In this document: positions 9,520 to 19,059 of the stretch, piece by piece | How positions within the stretch are numbered: position 1 is the stretch's first letter | How the letters are laid out: the number at the start of each line of letters is the position of its first letter | DNA from: Candidatus Poseidoniia archaeon | GTDB taxonomy: Archaea > Thermoplasmatota > Poseidoniia > MGIII > CG-Epi1 | NCBI GenBank assembly: GCA_029936395.1 | Contig: JAPYSW010000001.1 | Span: 1,427 to 65,426, forward strand | Direction of reading: 5' to 3' | DNA length: 64,000 nt | Program-made: the position numbers and the translations under genes | The notes under the pieces: model-generated | Databases searched by the model: none | Told to the model about the DNA's origin: nothing | Seen by the model: the letters and a program-made list of their open reading frames with translations, nothing else

Positions 9520-10707
9520 CTAATTATCTTTTGGGGTACGTATGGAATCTACAAAACCTTGATCTATTAGCCCTCTACCAACCAATGCCGTATAATTGGC
9601 TAATAAGATTACCACAATTCCTGAAACTATAACTATCAAATGTGAAAAAAAGCCGACATGTCTAATATCACTTACAAAAGAAGTGCCTTCTGAAGCAAGA
9701 AAGAAATTACTTGCCCCATAAGCTGCTGTAAAGGAAATTGCATACAAAATAACATTATGACGATTCATAAGATTTATTTTAGTGTTACTTTCTTTGCTTT
9801 GCCTTTTCTCTGAACGAAGTGTCTGGGCTGAAAGTGAATATATGACTAGCATAATTGTGAAAATCATAAATACTAAGTCGAATACAAAACTAGGTTGATT
9901 TTCTCGAGAATAAAGCATAACCCCTAAATGGTATGCTAAGAAACTCCAATAACCTATTGCAAAATAACCCGAAAAAACCGAAATCATAGGGTCTGACCAA
10001 TTCTTAGAATTCATTCTATTTAGGAAATAAAATGTTAAAGAACCTAGAATAATCAACATGCCAAACCAAAAAATCTTGAATGTAAGACTGAAAACGATGC
10101 CTTGTGATTCCAAAATAAGAAATATACAAAAACCAATTATCGCCCAAAAAGGTGGAGAAACTGCATTCATATATTTTCCAAAACTAGAACGATTTTTGCT
10201 ATTTACTTTTACCATCTTTTTAAGCGCAAATTCCTTGAATGGTACGCGCATCCACCAAGCTTGTGCAAACTGCCACAATATGAATATTATGACTAAAGCT
10301 AATGATAAAAAATAACGTATACTCTCCCCATATTTTGTAAATTCAAAAGAGTAATATATTATGAAGGATATCAATAAAGACAAACTCATGGGAATTAAAA
10401 GAATCTTTCGATAACTTCCAACTGAATAACCCTTTACAGATTCAAAACGCATTAAGAAAGCAGTGATTAGGTAGCCCCAAGAAAAGCCAAAACCCATAAC
10501 TAAAATCAAGTCAATGAATAGTTGATTTGAACTACGGCTGAAAACTCCCAAAGAAATCAGAAAAATTGACAAGGAAAACGCATGTGGTGCCGTTTTTCTA
10601 GAAAATATGATTTTGAGAATATCAATATTTGTAATTACTTTATGATTTTTAGATGCAGTACTTTCAGAACCTAGCAATTCATTTTCAGATTTAACTTCTT
10701 GTTCCAT
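9520..10707 (-). CDS. Polytopic integral membrane protein of unknown function
   Basis: 395 aa with roughly 10 hydrophobic segments and no recognised family motif. It overlaps the upstream Zn-ribbon gene by 17 nt. Confidence 0.5.
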   Translation of the reverse strand: MEQEVKSENELLGSESTASKNHKVITNIDILKIIFSRKTAPHAFSLSIFLISLGVFSRSSNQLFIDLILVMGFGFSWGYLITAFLMRFESVKGYSVGSYRKILLIPMSLSLLISFIIYYSFEFTKYGESIRYFLSLALVIIFILWQFAQAWWMRVPFKEFALKKMVKVNSKNRSSFGKYMNAVSPPFWAIIGFCIFLILESQGIVFSLTFKIFWFGMLIILGSLTFYFLNRMNSKNWSDPMISVFSGYFAIGYWSFLAYHLGVMLYSRENQPSFVFDLVFMIFTIMLVIYSLSAQTLRSEKRQSKESNTKINLMNRHNVILYAISFTAAYGASNFFLASEGTSFVSDIRHVGFFSHLIVIVSGIVVILLANYTALVGRGLIDQGFVDSIRTPKDN

Positions 10708-11317
10708 TGTACCGAGAGCCTCTTGAGCTAAATCTTTTTTCAGGTAAATAAAAGCATGTAATTCTTGATATCTCTAAAGCATATGCCATTTTTACTAACT
10801 TACCACCATGCAAGTTGATTGCTTTTATTCTTGTCATTTTACCTTCAATACGAACTGTATCACCTACTCGAAACTCTTCTTGGGATTCAAATTCTTGTTT
10901 AACAGAAATCGTAGATTCTCCGTCGTGTATTGCAAATCTAACTCGAGCATGTGTTGCCCTTTTAGCCCATACAATAGGATTATCCTGTGAGTAAGCTGAA
11001 GGTGGCCGTTTACCATCCAATTCAAGACCCGTAACCAAAATTAAGCCATCCGGATGAGGTCGAGTTTCTCCTACGCTAATCACAATTCCTCTATCTACAT
11101 TTATGAATCCATTTACGGTATTCTCTTCATTCGAAATGCGCAATCTTAACTCTAATGGAGGTTCTTCTTTAATCTCAGTTGGGCCAGTGAAGTTACATTC
11201 TAAACATGTAACAACTCCCTGGAAATTAAACCCTTTTTTAGAAGAAGTACGACTTTTTAGAACTTTATGTGGGCATTCTTCTCCGCAAATTTCACAAAAT
11301 ATCCAGATTTCTTCCAT
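10691..11317 (-). CDS. Zinc-ribbon-containing protein of unknown function
   Basis: 208 aa. The N-terminus has CEICGEEC...CLEC (a C4 zinc ribbon) followed by a beta-rich domain. Its start is coupled to the purH stop (1-nt overlap). Confidence 0.45.
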   Translation of the reverse strand: MEEIWIFCEICGEECPHKVLKSRTSSKKGFNFQGVVTCLECNFTGPTEIKEEPPLELRLRISNEENTVNGFINVDRGIVISVGETRPHPDGLILVTGLELDGKRPPSAYSQDNPIVWAKRATHARVRFAIHDGESTISVKQEFESQEEFRVGDTVRIEGKMTRIKAINLHGGKLVKMAYALEISRITCFYLPEKRFSSRGSRYNGTRS

Positions 11318-12873
11318 TAGTGCTTAAAATGCCTCATTCCTGTAAAGACCATCGTCATCCCATTTTCATTTGCAGCATCTATAACCTCTTGATCACGTAG
11401 TGAACCTCCGGGTTGAATAACTGCCGTGACTCCTGCTTTTGCAGCCTCATCAATTCCATCTCTAAATGGAAAAAAAGCATCTGAGGCCATAACTGTATTT
11501 TCTGCATTAGGAATGGATTTGAAGGTTGCAATTTTTACTGAATCTATACGAGACATTTGACCTGCCCCAATACCTACTGTACTTTTCTGCCGAGAAAAAA
11601 CTATAGCATTACTTTTAACATGCTTAACTATTCTCCAACCAAATTGTAATCCATCTAATTCCTCTTTAGTTGGACTACGCTCAGTCACAACTTTGCAATC
11701 AGAAATATCTATGGTGGCTTCATCTGATTCCTGCATAAGCCAGCCTTTGTCTAATGAACGTAAGCTAAAACTTCTCTCATAATTTTCAAGCGAACCTGTT
11801 TCTAGTACTCTTAAATTCTCTTTTGTAGATAAAATTTCACGTGCTTCGGGACTAAATGAGGGCGCTATAACTCCTTCTTTAAATGACAATATAATATTTT
11901 TTGATAATTCAACATCAACTTCACGATTTAAAGCTATAATTCCTCCAAACGAACTCATAGGATCTGTGCTTATTGCTAAGTTATAAGCATCTACTAAACT
12001 ATCTGCACTGGCTGCCCCACAAGGATTATTATGTTTTACAATAATAACTGTCGGATCTTCAAATTCAGTAACCATTGCTAAAGCTGCATCAAAGTCAAGA
12101 AGATTATTGTAACTTAACTGTTTTCCTTGTATTTGTTCCGAGTTTGAAACTGAAGGTGTTGTACTCAATAAGTCTGAATAAAAAATTGCTGATTGATGTG
12201 GATTCTCCCCATACCTTAACGGAGGACTTCCGATTCCAGTAACATGTAGTGAAGAAGGAAGGCCTTCTTGACCAAATCTAGACCCTAACTCAGACTGAAT
12301 CGTGGCATCATATTCAGCAGTGTGACGAAAAGCTTTCAATGCTAAATCTTGTCTTTGTAACAAATTAAGACCACCTTGCTTGATTTCATCAACAACCCAC
12401 TCATAATCATCCGTATCTGTAACAACTGCGACTCTAGAATGATTCTTAGCTGCCGCCCTTAGTAAACTTGGCCCGCCGATGTCTATCTGTTCAATAAGCG
12501 AATCCAAATCTAAATTTTTAGATATTGCTTCCCTAAATGGATATAAATTACAAATTACCATATCAAAAATCCCAATATTATGTTCTTCGACTTCGTTGAT
12601 ATCTTCCTCTCTAGCAAGAATACCTCCAAAAATTAAAGGATGAAGTGTTTTGACACGCCCACCCATCATTTCTGGGAAAAGTGTAACTGAATCTACTGAA
12701 GTTACATTTATCTCTGCATCCGAAATTACTTGCGAGGTTCCACCGGTTGATACTATTTCAATATCTAATTTATTTAATTCTTTTGCTAAATCCACAATAT
12801 TTGTTTTATCACTAACACTGATTAAAACACGAGATACTTGTCTTCTCTTCATATTATCTGAACTATTTGCCAT
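11317..12873 (-). CDS. purH: bifunctional AICAR transformylase / IMP cyclohydrolase
   Basis: 518 aa. It has an MGS-like N-terminal domain (RVLISVSDKTNIVDLAKEL...STGGTS) and an AICARFT C-terminus ending ...TAVIQPGGSLRDQEVIDAANENGMTMVFTGMRHFKH. Confidence 0.9.
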   Translation of the reverse strand: MANSSDNMKRRQVSRVLISVSDKTNIVDLAKELNKLDIEIVSTGGTSQVISDAEINVTSVDSVTLFPEMMGGRVKTLHPLIFGGILAREEDINEVEEHNIGIFDMVICNLYPFREAISKNLDLDSLIEQIDIGGPSLLRAAAKNHSRVAVVTDTDDYEWVVDEIKQGGLNLLQRQDLALKAFRHTAEYDATIQSELGSRFGQEGLPSSLHVTGIGSPPLRYGENPHQSAIFYSDLLSTTPSVSNSEQIQGKQLSYNNLLDFDAALAMVTEFEDPTVIIVKHNNPCGAASADSLVDAYNLAISTDPMSSFGGIIALNREVDVELSKNIILSFKEGVIAPSFSPEAREILSTKENLRVLETGSLENYERSFSLRSLDKGWLMQESDEATIDISDCKVVTERSPTKEELDGLQFGWRIVKHVKSNAIVFSRQKSTVGIGAGQMSRIDSVKIATFKSIPNAENTVMASDAFFPFRDGIDEAAKAGVTAVIQPGGSLRDQEVIDAANENGMTMVFTGMRHFKH

Positions 12874-12888
12874 TTAATACCAAAAAAA

Positions 12889-13557
12889 TTAGGTACTATC
12901 TGGGAGTTTCTTAAGAAAAGCTCCCGGAAGTTCTTTAACAAGATAAACTGTAGTTCCTGCCTTCATTATTGCACAATCTGCTTCTTCAGCAGCCCTTACA
13001 TCAACTAACAATACTATTGGTTTACCAATTATGTGACGGCCAGCCTCCAAAGCATTTAATCTAGTACTTGAAAGATGAACCATATTTCGATCACCTGGAT
13101 ACAATCCATGTTCAAGGTATTCAGTTGAATCTTCTTGAGAACAAGCAAAGTAAAGATGTTCAGGATTCGTATCAGTTGGCAAATCCAATTCTAATTCTAA
13201 AGTGTGAGCATAAGTTGCTCTGAGTCTGCCATTTTTCAATTGGTATCTGCCTTTAGGATCGGTCTCAACAACCCCTTGTAAATGTTTAGTTTCAAGATAA
13301 TGGAAATGACGTTTCTGTGACTTGACCGCATCAATAAATTCTGAAGCTTCAATCCAGCCTTGTTTATCCATCTCAAGATCAAATCTATCTGGAAAATGGC
13401 GCAATACACCAGCCATTACTCGTCCAAACTGATCTAAATGTCTTGGGGACATTACTAAAACTCCTTCCTCTCCGCTTAATGGGCATTTTTCACCCCTGAA
13501 AAAGCCATGTCCATACTTAACTTCCTCTTTCAAAGGAACTGTTGGATTTCTACGCAT
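12889..13557 (-). CDS. kptA: RNA 2-prime-phosphotransferase (Tpt1/KptA family)
   Basis: 222 aa. VMAGVLRHFPDRFDLEMDKQGWIEASEF, DPKGRYQLKNGRLRATYAHT and HGLYPG...MVHLS match Tpt1 motifs. The real start is possibly the internal Met. Confidence 0.8.
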   Translation of the reverse strand: MRRNPTVPLKEEVKYGHGFFRGEKCPLSGEEGVLVMSPRHLDQFGRVMAGVLRHFPDRFDLEMDKQGWIEASEFIDAVKSQKRHFHYLETKHLQGVVETDPKGRYQLKNGRLRATYAHTLELELDLPTDTNPEHLYFACSQEDSTEYLEHGLYPGDRNMVHLSSTRLNALEAGRHIIGKPIVLLVDVRAAEEADCAIMKAGTTVYLVKELPGAFLKKLPDST

Positions 13558-13602
13558 GTGCAGCCATTACAACGGGTCTGTATAATATTAGTTCTGATAC
13601 TA

Positions 13603-15228
13603 CTATTTCCGCTGAAAAGTTGTTTGAACTGAACTTGTGTTTGAAGAATCAATTATGTTAGAGCCTGCTAATTCTTCACTAGTTGGTACATCTATTTCTA
13701 TCCTACCTTCTGAAAAAAGATCATGCATTTTTTGTTCTTTATCTTTACTACTCCAAAAAGCTGCTTCATCTCTACTTCCTTTGCTAACAAAAATAAAAAC
13801 GTTACCAGGTCTATTACGGCCCGTCCGACCTCGCCTTTGTATCAGCCGTATAGCTGATGAAACCGGTTCAAAGAATACTACGACATCGGTAGAAGGTATA
13901 TCTAAACCCTCTTCACCAACTGAGGTTGCAACCAAAATATTGAATTCATCGTTCTTAAATTTATCTAATATTTCCTTCTGTTGCTTCTGTGTCATACCCT
14001 TATCTCCTACACGAGAGCCTTGACCAACAAAACGAATCGGTTTGGCCCCCTGTATCTTTTCTAAATGTTCAACAATTAATGTTGCTGTATGTCTTATTTC
14101 TGCAAATATAATAAAACGAGAAGAACCTGAATGTATCTGGACTTCAATTAATTCAAGTAAACGGTCTAATTTTGGATGATCGGTAGGATTAGATTTAGCA
14201 ATTTTCTGAGCTATCTTCCAATCTGAATTCGATGCTAACCACTTATTAGCTCGACTACCTTTCTTCTTATTTTTAGCATCTTTCTCTATTCGCGAAGTAT
14301 AATCTAAGAATTGAAGCATACCTTGTGTTTCAACCGTCAGAATAGCATGTGCAACTTTCATTGCCATTGCTTGAGTCGTCATCATAGTAAATGTTTGAGG
14401 AGGTGTATTTGGTTTAGTTTTGATATAAGTCATTTGTAATCTTCTCCCAGCTTCTATCAACATCGTAGTTGACACTTTTCGAGGTCTGTCTATGGCGCCT
14501 TGTTTGTACAATTTACCACAAAGATAATCTTGTAATTTTCTTAATTGATTTGCAATATCTATAACACTGAGTGGCATCTCTACTCGAATCCATCGCGTTT
14601 TGATTGGTTGAATATAGGATATCACATCCGGATCAGTACCATCTCTATTTTCCACTGCTGAAAGACCCAAATCACGACATAAACGAATAATCTCTGGTTT
14701 AGAACTGCCTGGTGAAGCAGTCATACCTACTGCTAAGTGATTACTAGAAACTGATGAATAATGGCGACCAATTGAAACATATGCATAATTCCCAACTGCT
14801 CGGTGTGCTTCATCAAAGATTACAAGTGAAAAATTCTTGAGATTCATGCGCTCATTTTCTATATCTTTTGAAACTACCTGAGGTGTTGATACAATGATTT
14901 TAGAAGATTTCCACAGAGGTTTACGAATATTAGGTGCAATCGCCCCTGTAAAAAGATTAACATCTACCTCTAAAAATTTATTAAGGAAATCTGAATGTTG
15001 TTGAGCTAATGGTTTTGTAGGTGCCATCAAAAGAATTTGACCTTTCTCTAATCGTTCTAAAATCACTCTTAGAGCTATAACTGTTTTACCCATACCTGTT
15101 GGTAGAATTACAAGTGTTGATTGTTCTAAACAAGCTTGTGAAATATTTGCCTGATATTCTCTGTCTTCTAAAGAGCCATCTTTCAAAAATTTGTGATTAA
15201 AAACCTTCATTATTGAGGTCCAATCCAC
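13603..15228 (-). CDS. Hef/FANCM-like SF2 helicase (helicase domains only, no nuclease domain)
   Basis: 541 aa with Walker A LPTGMGKT, DEAH box FDEAHRAVG and helicase motif VI QRRGRTGR. Confidence 0.8.
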   Translation of the reverse strand: MDWTSIMKVFNHKFLKDGSLEDREYQANISQACLEQSTLVILPTGMGKTVIALRVILERLEKGQILLMAPTKPLAQQHSDFLNKFLEVDVNLFTGAIAPNIRKPLWKSSKIIVSTPQVVSKDIENERMNLKNFSLVIFDEAHRAVGNYAYVSIGRHYSSVSSNHLAVGMTASPGSSKPEIIRLCRDLGLSAVENRDGTDPDVISYIQPIKTRWIRVEMPLSVIDIANQLRKLQDYLCGKLYKQGAIDRPRKVSTTMLIEAGRRLQMTYIKTKPNTPPQTFTMMTTQAMAMKVAHAILTVETQGMLQFLDYTSRIEKDAKNKKKGSRANKWLASNSDWKIAQKIAKSNPTDHPKLDRLLELIEVQIHSGSSRFIIFAEIRHTATLIVEHLEKIQGAKPIRFVGQGSRVGDKGMTQKQQKEILDKFKNDEFNILVATSVGEEGLDIPSTDVVVFFEPVSSAIRLIQRRGRTGRNRPGNVFIFVSKGSRDEAAFWSSKDKEQKMHDLFSEGRIEIDVPTSEELAGSNIIDSSNTSSVQTTFQRK

Positions 15229-16193
15229 CCTTTACGATAAAAATAAAATAGCATGAGTGTTGCAAAACTAATCATCGCTAAAATAATTTGATTGAAATTA
15301 AAATTAGAACCAACGTTCATACCTGCAACACCTGCAATAAGCGAAAGAGGAAGCATAATTGAACCAATTACAGTGAGTGTCGTCATTACCTCACTCAATC
15401 TTGCATTTGATTCACTTAATTTAACGGACACTTGGGAAAGATAAGTATCACGAGTTGAAGCAGCTCCCGAAGAATAATTTTCTACCTTTATTACTAAACC
15501 TTTGATAACATCTGCTAAATCACGGAAGTAAAGATAATTATCTTCCGAGATAAATTCTTCATCAGGACGCATTAATCTATTCACTATATTCTGAAGAGGA
15601 ATAACCGATTTTTGAATTTCTCGAATATCTTGTTTAATTTGGTGAAGTGATTCAAGCAACTTAGGATATTCCATTTTTGGATCAAAAACTCTATCTTCCA
15701 AATCATCTAATTTATCACTATAATTTGAGATTATATCCATCCAATCATCAGCTACTGAATCTAATAATTCATAAAGTAAGAATTCAGGTCCTTTCTCAAG
15801 CCTTTTCTGGCGCCTTATAGAACGATATCTATCTCTAAAACGTTCAATAGAAGGAAGAACCGTATTTCGAACAGTAACTAATAATTTATCAGTTAAAAAT
15901 ACGAGCAAATATTCAGTATCGAGTTCTGAATCTGCATCACGAGCTTTCAAAACAACAAAACGATGAGTTTCATAATGTTCAGCCCTATCTACTGGATCTG
16001 CAAAACAATCTTCAACTGCAAGGGGGTGAAAATGTAAATTATTTAGCATAAACTGCTTTTCAGCTTCGCCAGGATCCAAAATATCTAACCAACCACTTTT
16101 GATGTTTTCTAGTGCCGTTGCTAAATCATTTATTTTAATTGTTTTTTCACCGGATTTACCCGTTGAAGCTGTTAACAATCTGATAGTCGACAC
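15210..16193 (-). CDS. corA: CorA-family magnesium/cobalt transporter
   Basis: 327 aa. It has a cytoplasmic N-domain, two C-terminal TM helices and the GMN signature (GVAGMNVG). Confidence 0.8.
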   Translation of the reverse strand: MSTIRLLTASTGKSGEKTIKINDLATALENIKSGWLDILDPGEAEKQFMLNNLHFHPLAVEDCFADPVDRAEHYETHRFVVLKARDADSELDTEYLLVFLTDKLLVTVRNTVLPSIERFRDRYRSIRRQKRLEKGPEFLLYELLDSVADDWMDIISNYSDKLDDLEDRVFDPKMEYPKLLESLHQIKQDIREIQKSVIPLQNIVNRLMRPDEEFISEDNYLYFRDLADVIKGLVIKVENYSSGAASTRDTYLSQVSVKLSESNARLSEVMTTLTVIGSIMLPLSLIAGVAGMNVGSNFNFNQIILAMISFATLMLFYFYRKGWIGPQ

Positions 16194-16253
16194 AATCTTT
16201 CGATTTAGACTGCATTTAAACTATCTTCGGTTTTACACGATTAATTTTCTACT

Positions 16254-18515
16254 TTAAGATTTCTTTGGAGATTTCTTACGTAGTGTTTCAATCAACTTAC
16301 TGGCAGTACCTTGACGGCCACCAGATAACTCACCATAATTTGCTACGTTTACTAAATTACAAGCATCAGCCTCTTCAAGCTTTGCTTTCGTAGCTAAATT
16401 CTTAATAAAATTAATTTGTTTAGGACTTGGTGCCTTAGGGACTGAATCGGTTTTATCACGTAATAATCCTATTAGTTGACTTGCAGTTCCTGCTTTCCCT
16501 CCAGATAATTCTTCAAATTTAGAAACATCTACTAAATTACATGCTGACTTTTCGTTGAGTTCTAATGACTCAGCAAGACTTTGAGCATAGGATAACTGTT
16601 TAGCAGATGCAGGAAGTGGGATGTCTTCAGTTTCTTTTTGAAGACTGTCTATAACTTCTCCTATTCTTTCACCACTCATTGTCTGTGGATCTTCTTTACC
16701 TATTACTTTTTCTAATTCTGAATCTGATACTAATGATGCCAATCTGATATAATAATCTAACTGACGTTTAGTAGGTGTCTCTTTCTTTTTCGATATAGCT
16801 TTCTCATGGAGCAGTTTAAACGAATTAACAAAACCGTCCCATACTGTGGCTCCATTTTGTTGACCTGTTTCTATTTGGTCTAACTCAACTTCCATTGTTG
16901 AAGTAAATGAAGGTGAAAATAAACTAATTTTTTCATCTTTAGATTCATAAAAAGGAATAACTTCATCACAAAGCAGTATGCCTTGATCAGTTGGCTTAAG
17001 TCTGCCTTTATTGTCACTACAATATTTACGATCTAATAATTTTTTTATTGTCGCAGCATAAGTTGAAGGACGCCCTATTCCTTCAGACTTCATTAAAGCT
17101 ACAAGACCGTGTTGTGTATAACGTGCAGGTGGTTTTGTCTTATCTTCAATAAATCTAGGATTATCTTCATTCGCATCTAATTTTATAGATTGACCCTCTA
17201 CTATTTCTGGTTTAGGGGGTGCAACGGCTGGAGCTTTTTGTATAGCTTCAAATGCGGATTCCCATCCTGAAGTTACTCTCCACTTTGTATCTCCATCTAA
17301 AGGTCTTTCAAAAGTCTCTAATTGTGTTTGTAGCTTCATACTGGTCCATTCTGAATCAATCATTTGGCTTGCAATAAATCTTGACCAAATAAGACGATAA
17401 AGGCGAACTTGAGATTCATCTAAACCACCGGGCAATTCCGTGAGGGGAGCTGTAGGTCGTATAGCTTCGTGAGCATCTTGAATACCTGATTTAGGTTTTC
17501 CTCCACCAACGCCTTTGCCGACTAAATCCTTCCCCCACTTTGAGGTTATTTTTTCTTGTGCTTTTTCACGTGAAGAGGAACTTGTTCTTGTAGAATCTGT
17601 TCTCATATAGGTTATGTGACCAGCTTCATAGAGACCTTGAGCAACCCGCATAGTGTTACTTGGCCTCCAATTATACTTACTTCCGGCAGCCTGAAGTAAA
17701 GTATCGGTTGTGAAAGGGGCCTTAGGGCGGCGTTTGTAATTATTAAGTGATAATTTTGAAACTAGAAGCTGCTTCTCGAATTTTAAACTATCATATGCCT
17801 TATTAGCTAATTCTGTACTATTTGTTCTATGTATATCTATTTTCCCTTTCTCATCCTTCCATACTAAAGAATCATCTTTATCATGAAATCGGACTCTAAA
17901 ATCTATTCCTGAGGCTAAAGCTTGAACAGCCCAGTAAGGCGTTGCTACAAATTTCTGAATATCTTTTTCTTTATTAACTACAAAAGCCAAAGCTGGAGTT
18001 TGTACTCGACCCATTGAACTAAGACCCCACGATCTAGCAAATCTTGAAGTTCGATATCCTATCAAACGATCCATGAAACGTCGAACTTTAGCAGCATCAA
18101 CCAGATTCATGTCTACAGTACCGGCCTCGTCTAAAGCCTCACGGATTGCAGTCTTAGTAATTTCATTAAAAGTTATTCTTTTTATTTCTTTAAATTCAGA
18201 AAATAATTCACTAAGTCTCCATGCTATAAACTCACCTTCTCTATCCGGATCAGTAGCTATCAACACTCTTTTAACTTTTTTACTACGCGCATCAGAAAGA
18301 ATTTTCTTAACATTTCTCTCAGCTCTTTCTGTCCAACTCCAAGGAGGATCAGGTAAATTAGACTCAGTGTGACTCCATAAAGCCTTACTTCCATCTTTAC
18401 CTTTATTTGGCAAATCTTGAATATGGCCATTAGAAGCCCTAACCAAGATATTCTTACCTAAATATTTCTGAATTGTTTTGGCTTTGGCACCAGACTCTAC
18501 TACTACTAAATCCAT
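16254..18515 (-). CDS. topA: DNA topoisomerase I (type IA) with tandem C-terminal HhH modules
   Basis: It has a Toprim start (MDLVVVESGAKAK), a Tyr active-site region and a conserved topo IA core. The C-terminus carries two repeated modules ACNLV(D/N)V...ELSGG..GTAS.LI. The track ORF extends to 18605, but the upstream extension is unlikely to be real. Confidence 0.85.
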   Translation of the reverse strand: MDLVVVESGAKAKTIQKYLGKNILVRASNGHIQDLPNKGKDGSKALWSHTESNLPDPPWSWTERAERNVKKILSDARSKKVKRVLIATDPDREGEFIAWRLSELFSEFKEIKRITFNEITKTAIREALDEAGTVDMNLVDAAKVRRFMDRLIGYRTSRFARSWGLSSMGRVQTPALAFVVNKEKDIQKFVATPYWAVQALASGIDFRVRFHDKDDSLVWKDEKGKIDIHRTNSTELANKAYDSLKFEKQLLVSKLSLNNYKRRPKAPFTTDTLLQAAGSKYNWRPSNTMRVAQGLYEAGHITYMRTDSTRTSSSSREKAQEKITSKWGKDLVGKGVGGGKPKSGIQDAHEAIRPTAPLTELPGGLDESQVRLYRLIWSRFIASQMIDSEWTSMKLQTQLETFERPLDGDTKWRVTSGWESAFEAIQKAPAVAPPKPEIVEGQSIKLDANEDNPRFIEDKTKPPARYTQHGLVALMKSEGIGRPSTYAATIKKLLDRKYCSDNKGRLKPTDQGILLCDEVIPFYESKDEKISLFSPSFTSTMEVELDQIETGQQNGATVWDGFVNSFKLLHEKAISKKKETPTKRQLDYYIRLASLVSDSELEKVIGKEDPQTMSGERIGEVIDSLQKETEDIPLPASAKQLSYAQSLAESLELNEKSACNLVDVSKFEELSGGKAGTASQLIGLLRDKTDSVPKAPSPKQINFIKNLATKAKLEEADACNLVNVANYGELSGGRQGTASKLIETLRKKSPKKS

Positions 18516-18675
18516 TAAAGGACCGCCAGAAAGGTAGAATAAATATCTTTTTCTAAGGTGTAAAAGTAGCGGGGCCCTAAGGGCCCCGAACTGAGATAGG
18601 TACAAACTAATAAAATTATTTAGGTTTTAGAATAGCATATCAAACATTAAAAAAGAACCATTATAAGAGCCTAAT

Positions 18676-19059
18676 ATGATATTCGAAAAATTGAAAACCG
18701 AAAACGTTAGAATTGCACTAATCGGAGCGTCCAATGATAAACAAAAATTCGGTAATCAAATATATCTTGACCTAAGGTCGAAAGGTTATGATATATTACC
18801 AATAAATCCAAAAGAAAAAATTATTGAAGGTGATAAAGCATACGCGGAATTGAATAAAATGGACGATATGCCCGATATTGTGAACTTTGTTGTGCCACCA
18901 AACATTGCTATGAAAGTTGCAAAAGAAGCTGTAGAACTTGGAATTGAATATCTTTGGTTTCAACCTGGCTCTGAAAGTCCAGAATTAGAAAATTGGCTAA
19001 AAAATACAAACGGAATAAAATACCTAATTAATTCCTGTATAATGGTAGATACTCTATAA
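18676..19059 (+). CDS. CoA-binding domain protein (YccU-like)
   Basis: 127 aa. VRIALIGASNDKQKFGNQIY...GYDILPINPKE is the CoA-binding Rossmann signature. Confidence 0.7.
   Translation: MIFEKLKTENVRIALIGASNDKQKFGNQIYLDLRSKGYDILPINPKEKIIEGDKAYAELNKMDDMPDIVNFVVPPNIAMKVAKEAVELGIEYLWFQPGSESPELENWLKNTNGIKYLINSCIMVDTL

Noticed and set aside
16254-18605. Reverse gyrase
   Set aside because: The topo IA gene has no N-terminal SF2 helicase domain. It starts with a Toprim at Met31 of the track ORF, so it is a plain topoisomerase I/III-type enzyme.
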